Assembly: GCF_021869535.1 (NCBI RefSeq) | Contig: NW_026262679.1 | Coordinates: forward strand, 30,814,001-30,878,000 | Reading direction: 5' to 3' | DNA from: Mytilus californianus | Taxonomy: Eukaryota | Length of the DNA stretch: 64,000 nucleotides | In this document: one piece after another, positions 27,540 through 38,640 of the stretch | Position numbering within the stretch: the stretch's first letter is position 1 | How the letters are laid out: every line of letters begins with the position of its first letter | Position numbers and translations under genes: made by a program | The notes under the pieces: generated by a model | What the model was told of the DNA's origin: nothing | The model's input: only the letters and a program-made list of their open reading frames with translations | The model's database searches: none

Positions 27540-29936
27540 TGAAAGTATCATTTCAAGTAAAATTTCAGATACACTTACCAAAAAGAAGGCTTTCAAGTTA
27601 CAATATGTGCTTTGAGTGGAGTTAGTAAAAACGAACCCTGCAACTGGTGAAAGGACTTACGTCACTCCATTCTTTAGATCATATGTAGTAACTATCACTC
27701 AATCGATAGATCTTGAATTGGAAATTGCATTCATTTAGGAAAATATGAAAGAAAATATGACAAAGTACATGCGTGAAGGTAGTGGATGGACATTTGGTCA
27801 CAATGAACAATTACAAATTCATTTGAATAAATTTAAACCACTTAAAGGGGGTTCGTTCATAGCTCTTCCATCAAAACTTGCTCAAAAGAAGGCTATTATT
27901 AACGTAAAGAATAAGGATGATCGATATTTCAATGGGCGATATTATCAGCACTACATCATGATGAGGTGGATCAAAAAAGTACTAATCGGGTAAGTCAATA
28001 CAAGAAATGGGAAGATGAGCAGAAGTTTGACGGTATTAAATTTTCAATGTCACTTAAGTCCATTGACACATTTGAAAGACAGAATACTGATTTCAATATT
28101 AATGATGTTGGTTATGATGGTGTAGAAATAGATGAGAATGAAGAAGAAAAACTGGAAGTTTACCTTTTAAGGATATCAAAGAACACCGGGGCGAAACACG
28201 TAGACCTGTTGTTCTTGACTAACGCTAGCAAACAACATTACTGTTGGATCAAGAGTTTATCACGTCTTTTGACTTCTCAAGTAACAGATCATAAAGAATC
28301 AGTCTATTTTTGTCGCAGGTGTTTGAATCACTTTTCACGACAAGACATTTTAGACGAACACATGGACTATTGCAATCAAAAGGAAGCAGTGAGAATCGAG
28401 ATGCCGGAAGAAGAAACCTTTTTTAATTTTCAAAACTATAAACGTAAAATGAGAGTTTCATTCGTGATTTATGCCGATTTTGAATGTTATTTAGAGAGGA
28501 TAGACACCTGTCAACCCGATTCGTCAACACCTTACACGAAAGCCTATCAACGACACTTATCATCTGGTTTTTATTATCGTGTAAAATATGTACATTGAGA
28601 CTACAAAGAAGCAGAAGTGTACTGTGGAGAAGATATAACGAAATTATGTAGCAGGAAGTAGGAGAGATTGCTGAAATTAACAAAGATGAAAAAGACATGG
28701 TAATGCCGGAGAAAGATGAGAAAAGCTTTAAAGTAAGTATTGTCATATTTGCGATGATGCATTTAGGAAGGATAAAGTTCGTGATTACTTACAGTAAGTA
28801 TCGCGGTGCAGCACACAAGAAGTGTAACTTAGAGTTTCAACTTCCAAACTTTGTACCCATCGTGTTTCACAATTTAAGTAAGTATGACGCCCATTTGTAT
28901 GGAATTAGTATTTGGAGAAGGACAAATTCACTGAATCCCGAACCAGGATGAAAAATACATCAGTTTCTCTAGAAAAAGTAGATGGAGATTTAAAGATGCG
29001 ATTTATTGATTCTTTGAGGTTTATGCTAAATTCTCAAGAAAAATTAGCAATGAAACTAACGAATGATGAATTTAAGGCGGTGAAGAAATGTATATAGACT
29101 TAAACACCAATATTCGTGCTAAGGCTAAGACTGACTCTGAATAAAATTTTATTAAGTTGATGAATAACTCTGTGTTTGGTAAGACCATGGAGAACATTCG
29201 TAAGGGAGTTGATGTGAAATTAGTAACAACAGAGAAGCAAGCATTGAAACTTGTAGCTAAACTAAACTTTGATCGTCGGGTTGTCTTTACTGAGAATTTA
29301 GTAGCAATCCACATGAAAAAGACGAAACTCAAATTCAATAAACACGTCTTCTTAGGAGCTTGTATCTTAGATCTTTCAAAGATCTTAACGTATGACTTTC
29401 ATTACGGGTTCATACGGGAGATGTATGGTAACAACGCAAAGCTTTATTTTGCCGATACTGACAGCTTGGCTTATGAATTTCAGACAGAGGATTTTTACCA
29501 AAATATTGCTCCACATGTTCAGGATAAATTTGATACGATAAATTATCCGAACAAACACCGCTCTGAAATAACAACCGGTGTTAATAAGAAAATCATTGGT
29601 AAGTTTAAAGATGAATGCAAAGGTAAAAATATGACAGAATTTATTGGTCTTAGAGCTAAAATGTATTTTTACAAGGTAGAAGATGTAACCACTATTAAAG
29701 CCAAAGGAATGAAACAAAATGAAAAAATCGTTGAGCATAACATCACTTTTGAGGATTATAAGAGATATCTCATCAAGCAGCAGGAGATATATAGATCTAT
29801 GAATGTCATCCCTAGTCATCTTCATCAGATGTACACCGAGGAAATCAACAAGATCGCCCTTTCAGCCAAAAATAACAAACGGTGCATCCTACCAGATGGA
29901 ATCAGTACCCTGGCACATGGACATTATAAAATTTAA
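27540..29936 (+). pseudogene. polB: Protein-primed family B DNA polymerase, frameshifted and internally deleted
   Basis: GSGW, GGSFIALP, KKAIINVKN, CRRCLNHF, IYADFE, EndoVII-like CHIC...YRGAAHKKCNL, FHNLSKYDAH, FIDSLRF, KLMNNSVFGKTMEN, YFADTDSL, GKFKDE, LAHGHYKI. Confidence 0.93.
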
Positions 29937-29975
29937 AAAATACTTTAAAGAGACCCAACTCATAAATCATAATTA

Positions 29976-30137
29976 ATGATGATGATGAACTTACAACAGT
30001 TTTGTATAAGAAAGATTTTTGAGGCTGGGATTCCAAGCGACGATCTACCTCAACTATTGCAAATGGAAATTAACTACTTTCAACAGTATCCCATATTTAA
30101 TCACATAGACTACATGAAGGTGCGAGAGTTGTGTTGA
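29976..30137 (+). CDS. 53-aa Maverick ORF with a SOCS/BC-box-like motif
   Basis: MMMMNLQQFCIRKIFEAGIPSDDLPQLLQMEINYF; below the ORF-track length cutoff. Confidence 0.35.
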   Translation: MMMMNLQQFCIRKIFEAGIPSDDLPQLLQMEINYFQQYPIFNHIDYMKVRELC

Positions 30138-30328
30138 TAGAAGTAAGAATGACTCGATTAAACAAATGTTATAATTATTCAATGTGTAAAGAACGAAAAC
30201 GTTTGAACACATGTAAACAGATGATGAATGCTTTCCAAAGACGATTGCAACTCCGCGCTCGTTTGAGAAATAAAATAAACGATAGGAATACACAATTTAG
30301 TTCTTCCCAACACACCCCTATCGAACAG

Positions 30329-30661
30329 AACTTGGAAAAAGCAGTCAACAGTCTTAAGATACCTCCTTTTAAAGGTATATTTGTGCGGGATACCCTACGA
30401 TCCACACCACACCATGAAGAGTGTGGTATTTTAAACCACAATACCCTAATGGGTTCGGGAACACATTGGACGTGTTGGTTTAAAAATAAATTCACAAAGG
30501 TGTACTTTGACTTTTATGGATTACCACCACCCAACGAAATGGTAGACTACCTAGAACCTACAATTTACAACACCGATGAACTACAAATAAGAGGAACAAT
30601 GGTCTGTGGACACTTTCGTTTGTACGTCTTATATGACAGACAAGTTTGGATTTTATGGTAA
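30329..30661 (+). pseudogene. pro: Adenain-like cysteine protease
   Basis: FKGIFVRDTL...GILN...GTHWTCW...YFDFYGLPPP...ELQ...CGHFRLY (catalytic H, D, Q, C). Start approximate. Confidence 0.88.
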
Positions 30662-30753
30662 GAGGAGAAAAATAAATAGGACTATTTTGCTCGAACACTT
30701 CAACATGAACGACAATCGTATTACCAAGTTGTATGGAACACCACAGCTGTCTT

Positions 30754-31230
30754 ATGTGGAACTCTGATATAACGTTATGTTGATCTATTATTACTTGATG
30801 ATAGTTTGTCTTTACATAATATGGTTTTGACATTACGTACATTATGTTTTGATATAACTCAATATGGAATAGTCATTACATAATGATATTTCGATCTTGC
30901 ATGATATGGTTTCGTATTGACTTGATATAGTTTTGTCATAACTTAATATGGTTTTGTCATTACTCGATGTGGTTTCACCATTATTTAATGTGGATATGTC
31001 ATTAGGCAATGTGGTTTTAACATTACTTGATGTGTATATGACATAACGTAATGAAGTTGTTTCATTACATGATGTGGTTTTGTTATTTCGTAATGATGAT
31101 TTGTCAATTCTTTATATGGCTTTAACATTACGTAATGATGTTTCAAAATTTGACGATTTTACACTACATGATGTGTTTGTTTCAGTATTTGATGTGGTAA
31201 TGTCATTCCTTGATGTGGTTATCCATTTAC
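30754..31230 (+). repeat. Degenerate 21-bp tandem array (consensus about ATGTGGTTTTGTCATTACTTG) in the left arm; mirrored at about 35260-35725
   Basis: Roughly 20 contiguous units with no spacers. Confidence 0.85.
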
Positions 31231-31508
31231 TACTACGAGGTAAAACAACGTGACCATTTTGGAAAAATAGGTTCTATTTTTAGACCGATTTCCATATGTC
31301 GTTTGTGTAATGCGCTTTGGATGAGTACCGCTATTCATTAAGTTAAAGTTCAAATTAAAGTTCAAGTTGTTGTTCATAGTTATTTGGCATGAAAAAGGAG
31401 AACGACAGACAAAATTAAGAAAAAAAGTACTAAAACATTTACAGTAATTCGGACATAAGGGGGATATCCGGTTTTTCCTTAGTACTCAAATGGAAGCAGT
31501 ATTATAAC

Positions 31509-32435
31509 AGAATTATGTGCAAAACAGTGTAGACGAGACCATTGATTGGCGCGCTAAAATATCCCATTGACTGGGTCAGATTAGGTGAGCGTTCGTCTGT
31601 AATGCCCACAACTCACGACGTATTTTTTATAAACATTTATACTGTGGGGTTGCCAAAGGGTCTTAGTACATATACGAACTACAGTGCACAGTATATTATA
31701 TACATATTTTATTTGCGATCATAAAATGTACGAAGTCGTCCATTACTATGTAAATTGGGTCGATTTAAAAAAAAAAGCTAAATATGTTTCTGTTGCCAAG
31801 TACAGTAGTTAGCAGAAAAGTTCACCAAACTATACATTTTACCTATTCAAAAACGTAAATGCAAATTTCACAAGGCTCGATCCAAATAGCCTTTTTACTG
31901 TCTAATAACTTGCAAGTACGAAAAAAACAGGAAAGAAGTATATTTTGTCTATATGTTTTGCGTTTGCACACTTTTTAAAGTTGATCATGCATTCGTTCTA
32001 AAATAAAATTTTGACCAGATAAAAGTTAAAAGATGACATAATTGGACAACCGCAATTGTTAAATCGCTTTGACGTCCGAAAAAAAGATAATAATCAACAC
32101 ATCCATTGTAACTTTTAAAGCCAGTTAAATCCTTTTTTGCTGAAAGAACGTGCGATATCATAAAAATTGATTATCAAAACATAACTAAAACACAATTAAA
32201 GAACGTTTAAGTATTCAATATAAATCAAAACACAAAGGTTATTCCTGATTAATTTTTCGAATTATTTTATTTAGGCGTTGAGACCCTTTGGTGACCCCAC
32301 AGTTTAAATGTTTATAATAAATACGTCGTGAGTTGTGGGCGTTACAGACGAACGTTCACCTAATCTGACCCAGTCAATGGGATATTTTAGCGCGCCAATC
32401 AATGGCCTCGGCTACACTGTTTTGCACATGATTCT
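31509..32435. mobile_element. MITE-like element with about 150-bp inverted arms inside the foldback element
   Basis: 31509-31665 is the reverse complement of 32281-32435; no clear TSD. Confidence 0.7.
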
Positions 32436-33508
32436 AAATTCGTAAATGATTCCAAGGAACACTGCTTTATCTTGGTCTTGAAGAATAACTCCTATACAAG
32501 TTTTATAACAATTCATGGAGGTTTACAAATTTATCATGTCAAAATAGTTTAATTCGGTAATATTCAATGCAAAAAAAAACCTTACATAGAAATAAAAAAA
32601 ATGTGGTATGATTGGCAATGAGACAACTCTTAACCACATACCAAATGACGTGGAAGTTAACATATATGTGTGACTGTATGGTCTTTAAGAATGAGCAGAA
32701 TTCATACCACATAGTACGTTTAAAAAGGTCGCGAAATGGAAAATATAAAAACAGTTCAAACTAGAAACCTAACAACCTAAATGATGAAAACGCCGACGAT
32801 ACTACCGACGACGGCATATAGGTTTGTTGTATCTCACTGTCGCTACATTATTGTCGCAGGTACGACACAAATCAAAAGACTTGTACTGTATGTTCAACAA
32901 ATGAGACACTTTAAATCAACTCGCACTAAAGTTAAAGGGAAATGGGGGGGGGGGGGTAAGCAACAAAGCATCAATTCTATAAAATAAGAATTCTTCAGGT
33001 TTTTTTAGCTTGTATGATGGATATTAGACTTTTTTTTTTATTACATATGTAATTGCAGTTTCTGATAATCCACGCACTAATTGAAAAAAAACTTTTTGAA
33101 ACATCTGTTTCACAGGTGACGACGAATAGGTTCCAGTTGTCGTAACTACAATCGCGTCATCTTTTCATCGAATGTAAACTACCAAATAAAACCAAATCAC
33201 TGGGTTTGTACTTTCACGAATAACACGACGGGTGCCACAAGTTAAGCAGAATCCGCTTACCCTTCCAAAGCACCCGAGATCACGATGATGGATTTATGTT
33301 ACCCAGTCATACTGATCTATTTAATTGAGCCAATCAAAACTGTCTTTACATTTTCTTCTTATGCTGTGCTATGATACACTAGGTTAGGATAGGGATTAGC
33401 GCTTACATACATGTTAAACTCCGCCGCGTGCACTTTCTTTAAATGCCTGCCCCAAGTCAGGAACCTGTCGTTCAATGGTTGTCGTTGTTTCATGTGTTCA
33501 TATTTGTT

Positions 33509-34163
33509 TATATACGCCCGTCAAAATTTTGACGGGACGTATTATGGTATACAAATGTCGTCTGTCCGTCTGTCTGTCCAGCGTAAACATGTCGCACCGT
33601 AACTTGAGAACGACATGAAACTTAACATAGTTGTTTCTAATGATGGTCAAACGATCTGTATACTTTTTGGTGAAAATAAGATTAAAACCTTTTGAGGTAC
33701 GGGACTTAGTAACTAAAACAGGTGTGTGTTTTTTTTCACATGTCGCGCGGTATCTCAAAAACAATTTATGATTATTGCTTAAAACTTTACAAACTTCTTA
33801 GTTATATTAATCTTAAGATCTGTTTTCTTTTTGGTGATGATTCAAAATTTTATTTTTGAGTTATTGAGTATTTTGTAAAAAAAAGGGGGAGGGGTTTTTC
33901 ACATGTCGCGCCGTATCTCAAAAACAATTTATGATTATTGCTTAAAATTTTACACACTTCTTAGTTATATTAATCTAAAGATCTGTATACTTTTTGGTTT
34001 TGATTCAAAATTTCATTTTAGAGATATTGAGTTTTTTGTAAAAAAAAAAGGGGGGGGGGGGGTTTCGCATGTCGCGCCTTATGTCAGAAACTATTTATGA
34101 TTATTGCATAAAAATTCACACACAAGACGACGGGCGTATCATGCGCTTATAGCGCAGCTGTTT
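33509..34163 (+). mobile_element. Helentron-associated non-autonomous element (HINE/DINE-1-like), copy 1
   Basis: 5' ATACGCCCGTC subTIR with partner GACGGGACGTAT, (GTCY)n, about 162-bp internal tandem units, 3' GACGGGCGTAT and hairpin GCGCTTATAGCGC. Confidence 0.75.
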
Positions 34164-36197
34164 ATTCGTAGATTGTTTAGCTATAAACTAGACTGTTAGT
34201 TTTCTCGTTTGAATTATTTCACATTTTCACGTGGTGGTCTTTTGTGGCCGACTATACGGTGTGTTGAAGGCTGTTAGGTTGCCTATGATTGCTTGCATCC
34301 ACTGCATTTAAACTATGGTGGATAATTTTCTCATTGGCAATCACACAACATCTAACTTTATTTCAATTTCTATGTTGTGTTTTGTTTGCTGTAAAATTGT
34401 TTATCTTTTGTACGCATACCTACCCCTGAATCCTCTTTTCGGAAGCTAGAGCAAAAGCCCTTTATCCACGATAAAAAAATAGAACTCATATTAGATAATT
34501 CGAATTTCAACTCTTAATCTTAATCTAAATGAGACTCAAATAAGGGTTTACCTCGAACTCTAAGTCAAAAGGTGACTCAATTTAAAAGTTGAAGTCCAAT
34601 TGTAATTCGGAACTCTATCTTTAAATGTGACTCAAACTCGAAGTTCAACTCGAAATTTGGTATGTGGTTGAGAGTTGTCTCATTGGCAATCATACCACAT
34701 TTCTTTATTTCTATATAAGGTTTTTTTAATGCATTAAATATTACCGAATTAAACTGTTTTGATATGATAAATTTGTAAACCTCCATGAATTGTTATAAAA
34801 CTTGTATAGGATTTATTCTTCAAGATCAAGATAAAAGCATCTACAGAAAAACATGTTTTCCTCCGTTAAGTGTACCGGTTAATGTACAGTCAGTCAACAT
34901 TTAATTTACGCTTTTACACTGACAGCAGAATTATCCGGCGAGACACAGGGTTAATAAGAATCTTTAATTTATTTATTAATTTACAGCTTCCATTTGAGAA
35001 CTAAGGAAAAAACGGCAGAACCAAATGATTTTGGATATGTCCGAATTACTTTTTTTCTTATTTTTGTCTGTCGTTCCTTTTTTTCATACCAAATAACTAT
35101 GAACAACAACTTGAACTTTAATTTGAACTTTAACTTAATGAATAGCGGTACTCATCCAAAGCGCATTACACAAACGACATATGGAAATCGGTCTAAAATA
35201 GAACATATTTTTTTTCCAAAATGGTCACGTGGTTTTACCTCGTAGTAGTAAATGGATAACCACATCAAGGAATGACATGACCACATCAAATACTGAACCA
35301 AACACATCATGTAGTGTAAAATCGTCAAATTTTGAAACATCGTTACGTAATGTTAAAGCCATATACAGAATTGACAAATCATCATTACGAAATAACAAAA
35401 CCACATGATGTAATGAAACAACTACATTACGTTATGTCACATACACATCAAGTAATGTTAAAACCACATTGCCTAATGACACAACCACATTAAATAATGG
35501 TGAAACCACATCGAGTAATGACAAAACCATAATAAGTAATGACAAAACTATATCAAGTCAATACGAAACCATATCATGTAATATCGGAATATCATTAAGT
35601 AATGACTTTTCCATATTGAGTTATATCAAAACATCATAACTTCATGTCAAAACCATATTATGTAAAGACAAACTATCATCAAGTAATAATAGATCAACAT
35701 AACGTAATATCAGAGTTCCACATAAGACAGCTGTGGCGTTCCATAAAGTTGAAACCTCCGAGTCATGATACAGATGCTGCAACAAAACGATGGGTCATGC
35801 AACAAGTGAAAGACGGTACGAGTAAAACCGAAGCATTACAACCCGAGTGTAAGCAAATAAAGACGGATGTCAACCAAATGGAGAAATAATATGATGCAAC
35901 CATCCAAAAACTTTATAAAAAAATAGGTACATCTGAATCAACAAGAACTCGGGGGGAAAAGTAAATAAAACTCAAACCATTCTACAACAAAATATCGATA
36001 CATCGGTGGAACGTTCGTTACTAATGCAAGGTATTACCAGTGCAGCAATCGAAAAAAAATCGATGGACTGGTGAAAATTTTGTTGGCAGAGGGGGAGAAA
36101 AACAAGGAAGATATAAACAGTTTAAGGATCTTTGTTCCATGCCTAAGGGGTTAACCTTTTTGTTCTTGGGACTCAAAAACGAAAAGCCTACACATCT

Positions 36198-37018
36198 TTA
36201 TTGCATGTTAATCCAATAAATAAATGACTTAGGGTACCCTTTCCATTTAACAAAGACCTCTTTCACACCATCCTTAGTTCGGTTTCGCAAAACCTTTTCG
36301 ATTCGGTACAAGTCTTAATCCGTCTTTTGAAGTTCGGGCTTGTAGAAGGATCTTTGTATTTCCTCATCATTAAAATCCTTGTTACGCTAGGTTTGTGGTT
36401 AAGTGTTTAACACGTGGGATACCGTAAAGACTTCTTCGGTTCATCTAGGGGTGTATCCCTTTTCAAAAATGGTTTTCTATTTAGTGATTCGAACTTTATC
36501 CCTTACTTTAAATTTACCCTGTTTTAATGGAAGGTCACAATACAAATTCAAAGAGACTTTTTTCATGTTCTTTTTTACTAGCAGCGATAGGCGTCCTTTT
36601 TTCTTTCATCGTACGGTTCCAAAATTCAACGACATTCAATTTTTCTTCATTCTCCGTAGAGTACAGTTCAATATCATGCTTCCGAAGTAGATCCTTGACC
36701 TCTTTGTTGTAAAATTCAGTACCTTAATCTGTCCATAATTTTTGAGGAATGCGTGATGATGATTTGAATACTGCTTGGAAAGCATCTCTGATCATGACAC
36801 CTTTCTTGTTTTTAGCGGTATGAGCCATCCGTATTTAGAAAAAACATCGATGATACTTAGAATGAATTTAAATCTTTGTTATCGCGAAAGAAGGAGCTCA
36901 TATCGACTAAATCTGCTGTCCAAATTTCATCCACAGTTCTAGCGATCACACGTGTTTTCTTGAATTTACGTCGAATGGGTTTAAGTAATTCTTCTGTTAA
37001 TTGATCTGTCCAAAGCAT
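36198..37018 (-). pseudogene. int: Retroviral-type DDE integrase with C-terminal chromodomain
   Basis: MLWTDQLTEELLKPIRRKF...WTADLVDM...IDVFSKYGW...LWTD*GTEFYN...VVEFWNRT [deletion]...FEKGYTPR*TEEVF...RIEKVLR...FVKWKGYP. Confidence 0.93.
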
Positions 37019-37496
37019 AAAGTCCTAAACTTAATCGCATTTTGGTTCCGATGAGGGATTTAACGATACCACGATCCATTTTCTCTCTCATGGTTGGATT
37101 GTTGATGGAGTCTAATTGACTTAACATATTTTTATCACACACAGAATTACGTGTCGGTGTATCTTTATGTCGAGCATAACAGAGATCATGACGATAGGCA
37201 GCTTCATCGACTCGATTTAAAGATTTAGACCAAGATTTAGGTGTTTTATCTGTATTGAGTCGTTGATGTAATTTATTCCCAGGTCCCGTAAACTGATGTC
37301 CCGGAAGATGCATTTCTACGGGTAGATGGTTAATGACTTTATTCATGAAACCCTTACCACTATGGACAAACTGAAATTTCTTAGATCCACATACGGTGCA
37401 GATTCCACCTTTTCTTCGTCGTCCGTTGCTAGTCGTCTCTTCGAAGAGACTTTTCGTTTATGTATTCCTCTTAAATTTTAAACAATAGATTTTCAT
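36981..37496 (-). pseudogene. Zn-ribbon plus parvovirus-type phospholipase A2 protein (PLA2X-like)
   Basis: MKIYCLKFKRNT*...NGRRRKGGICTVCGSKKFQFV...GKG...HLPGHQFTGPG...NRVDEAAYRHDLCY...CDKNML. Confidence 0.8.
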
Positions 37497-37509
37497 TTTA
37501 TTTAAATAA

Positions 37510-38150
37510 ATGGACGTTGAAGATATCTTATAACTTTCTTCTTAAATAGATGAATGGTTAGAGTACGATTGTTTGCATGTTTTTCAACACATCTATCGAC
37601 TTTTACAAAAATCATTGGAAAAAGGATACACAAAAAAAGTTTCTCGTGATCTCTTGTCCGTTTGAAGAAAATGTCCTCACTCTTTGATCGATGTCGTAGA
37701 AGATTTACCTCCACCTCAACAACGTAGTTGTATCTTTTATGAACAAGGAAACGAAGTACCAGACCCTAGATAACTTGATCCCCATCGTAAGAACTTAATG
37801 GTGTTTGATGATTTGATGTTGAGCAAACAGAATAAATGTGAAGACTATTAAGTCCGAGGTCGACATAACAACTTGGATTAATTTTATTTATGTCAAAATT
37901 ATTTCAAACTTCCACGTCAAACGATTCGTGAAAATAGTAACTTTATATATTTATTTCCACTAGACGCTAAAAGTCTTCAACACATTCATCGCGATCATTG
38001 TTGTTTAGATTCAACCGTTTAAGTTTTTAAAACGTTGTGCAATCACTGCAAGTCTACACCTTACCGATTTGTGACCATCGATTTGGCTAGATCAAAGGAA
38101 AATGGAAAAGACAAATCTAAATTAAAAGAGTTCTATCGTTTGCAAATAAA
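37510..38150 (+). pseudogene. FtsK/A32-like packaging ATPase with the Walker A region deleted
   Basis: WLEYDCLHVF...VPDPR*LDPHRKNLMVFDDLMLSKQNKCEDY*VRGRHNN...QNYFKLPRQTIRENSN...FVTIDL. Confidence 0.85.
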
Positions 38151-38480
38151 ATAATAAACCCAAATAACGATTTTGAAGAATATTTAACTGTTTGGTGATA
38201 GTAGCAATAGTAGTAGCGATGATGATAATTTAAGATATTGTAAAGAACATAACTTTCTACGTTATGACGACAGGGTAAATCTATGTTTAACATGTGGTGT
38301 TGAATAAATCTATAATTTATTTGACCATGATAATGATTTCGACAATTGGAATCTAGGAAAAACCTACAATCGTCGGAAACATCAACAACCACCATGTAGT
38401 GCAATGACAAACAGAGGACATCAATGCACTCGTCCATGTCAACCCAAGAAAAAACTCTGCCTTAGAGACTTGAATTTTAA
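38151..38480 (+). pseudogene. VLTF3-like N-terminal zinc ribbon joined to a CCC(H) finger
   Basis: CKEHNFLRYDDRVNLCLTCGVE*...DFDNWNLGKTYNRRKH, then CSAMTNRGHQCTRPCQPKKKLC. Confidence 0.4.
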
Positions 38481-38571
38481 GAAGGGGAAAGTAGTCTATA
38501 TATTACCCCCATTGTTTCAACGACTAATTAAATGCTAAAGAACTTCAACGCTTCATTGCTTATAGGGCGTT

Positions 38572-38640
38572 CAACGTTCAACGTTCATCGTTCATCGTTC
38601 AACGTTCATCGTTCAACGTTCATCTTTCATCGTTCAACGT
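38572..38640 (+). repeat. 10 x 7-bp CAWCGTT tandem array abutting AATAAATAAATG
   Basis: Direct reading. Confidence 0.9.

Larger units (their letters stand above)
30732..35745. mobile_element. 5.0-kb foldback element with about 770-bp TIRs and 6-bp TSD AAGTTG
   Basis: TATGGAAC(A/G)CCACAGCTG ends; arms 30732 to about 31499 and about 34984-35745; TSD at 30726-31 and 35746-51; excision restores the fibre ORF. Confidence 0.9.
30645..36070 (+). pseudogene. Fibre/adhesin-stalk-like ORF split by the foldback element (30645-30731 plus 35752 to about 36070)
   Basis: After removing 30732-35751 it reads HFNMNDNRITKL|KPPSHDTDAATKRWVMQQV, the MNxNRITNLxxPxxxxDAATKxYV motif, followed by a coiled coil. Confidence 0.6.

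Noticed and set aside
30754-31230. 21-bp array as a CRISPR array or coding repeat (track ORFs 30558-30842 and 35644-35889)
   Set aside because: No unique spacers, no cas genes, eukaryotic context. The ORFs are by-products of a 7-codon period in the foldback arms.
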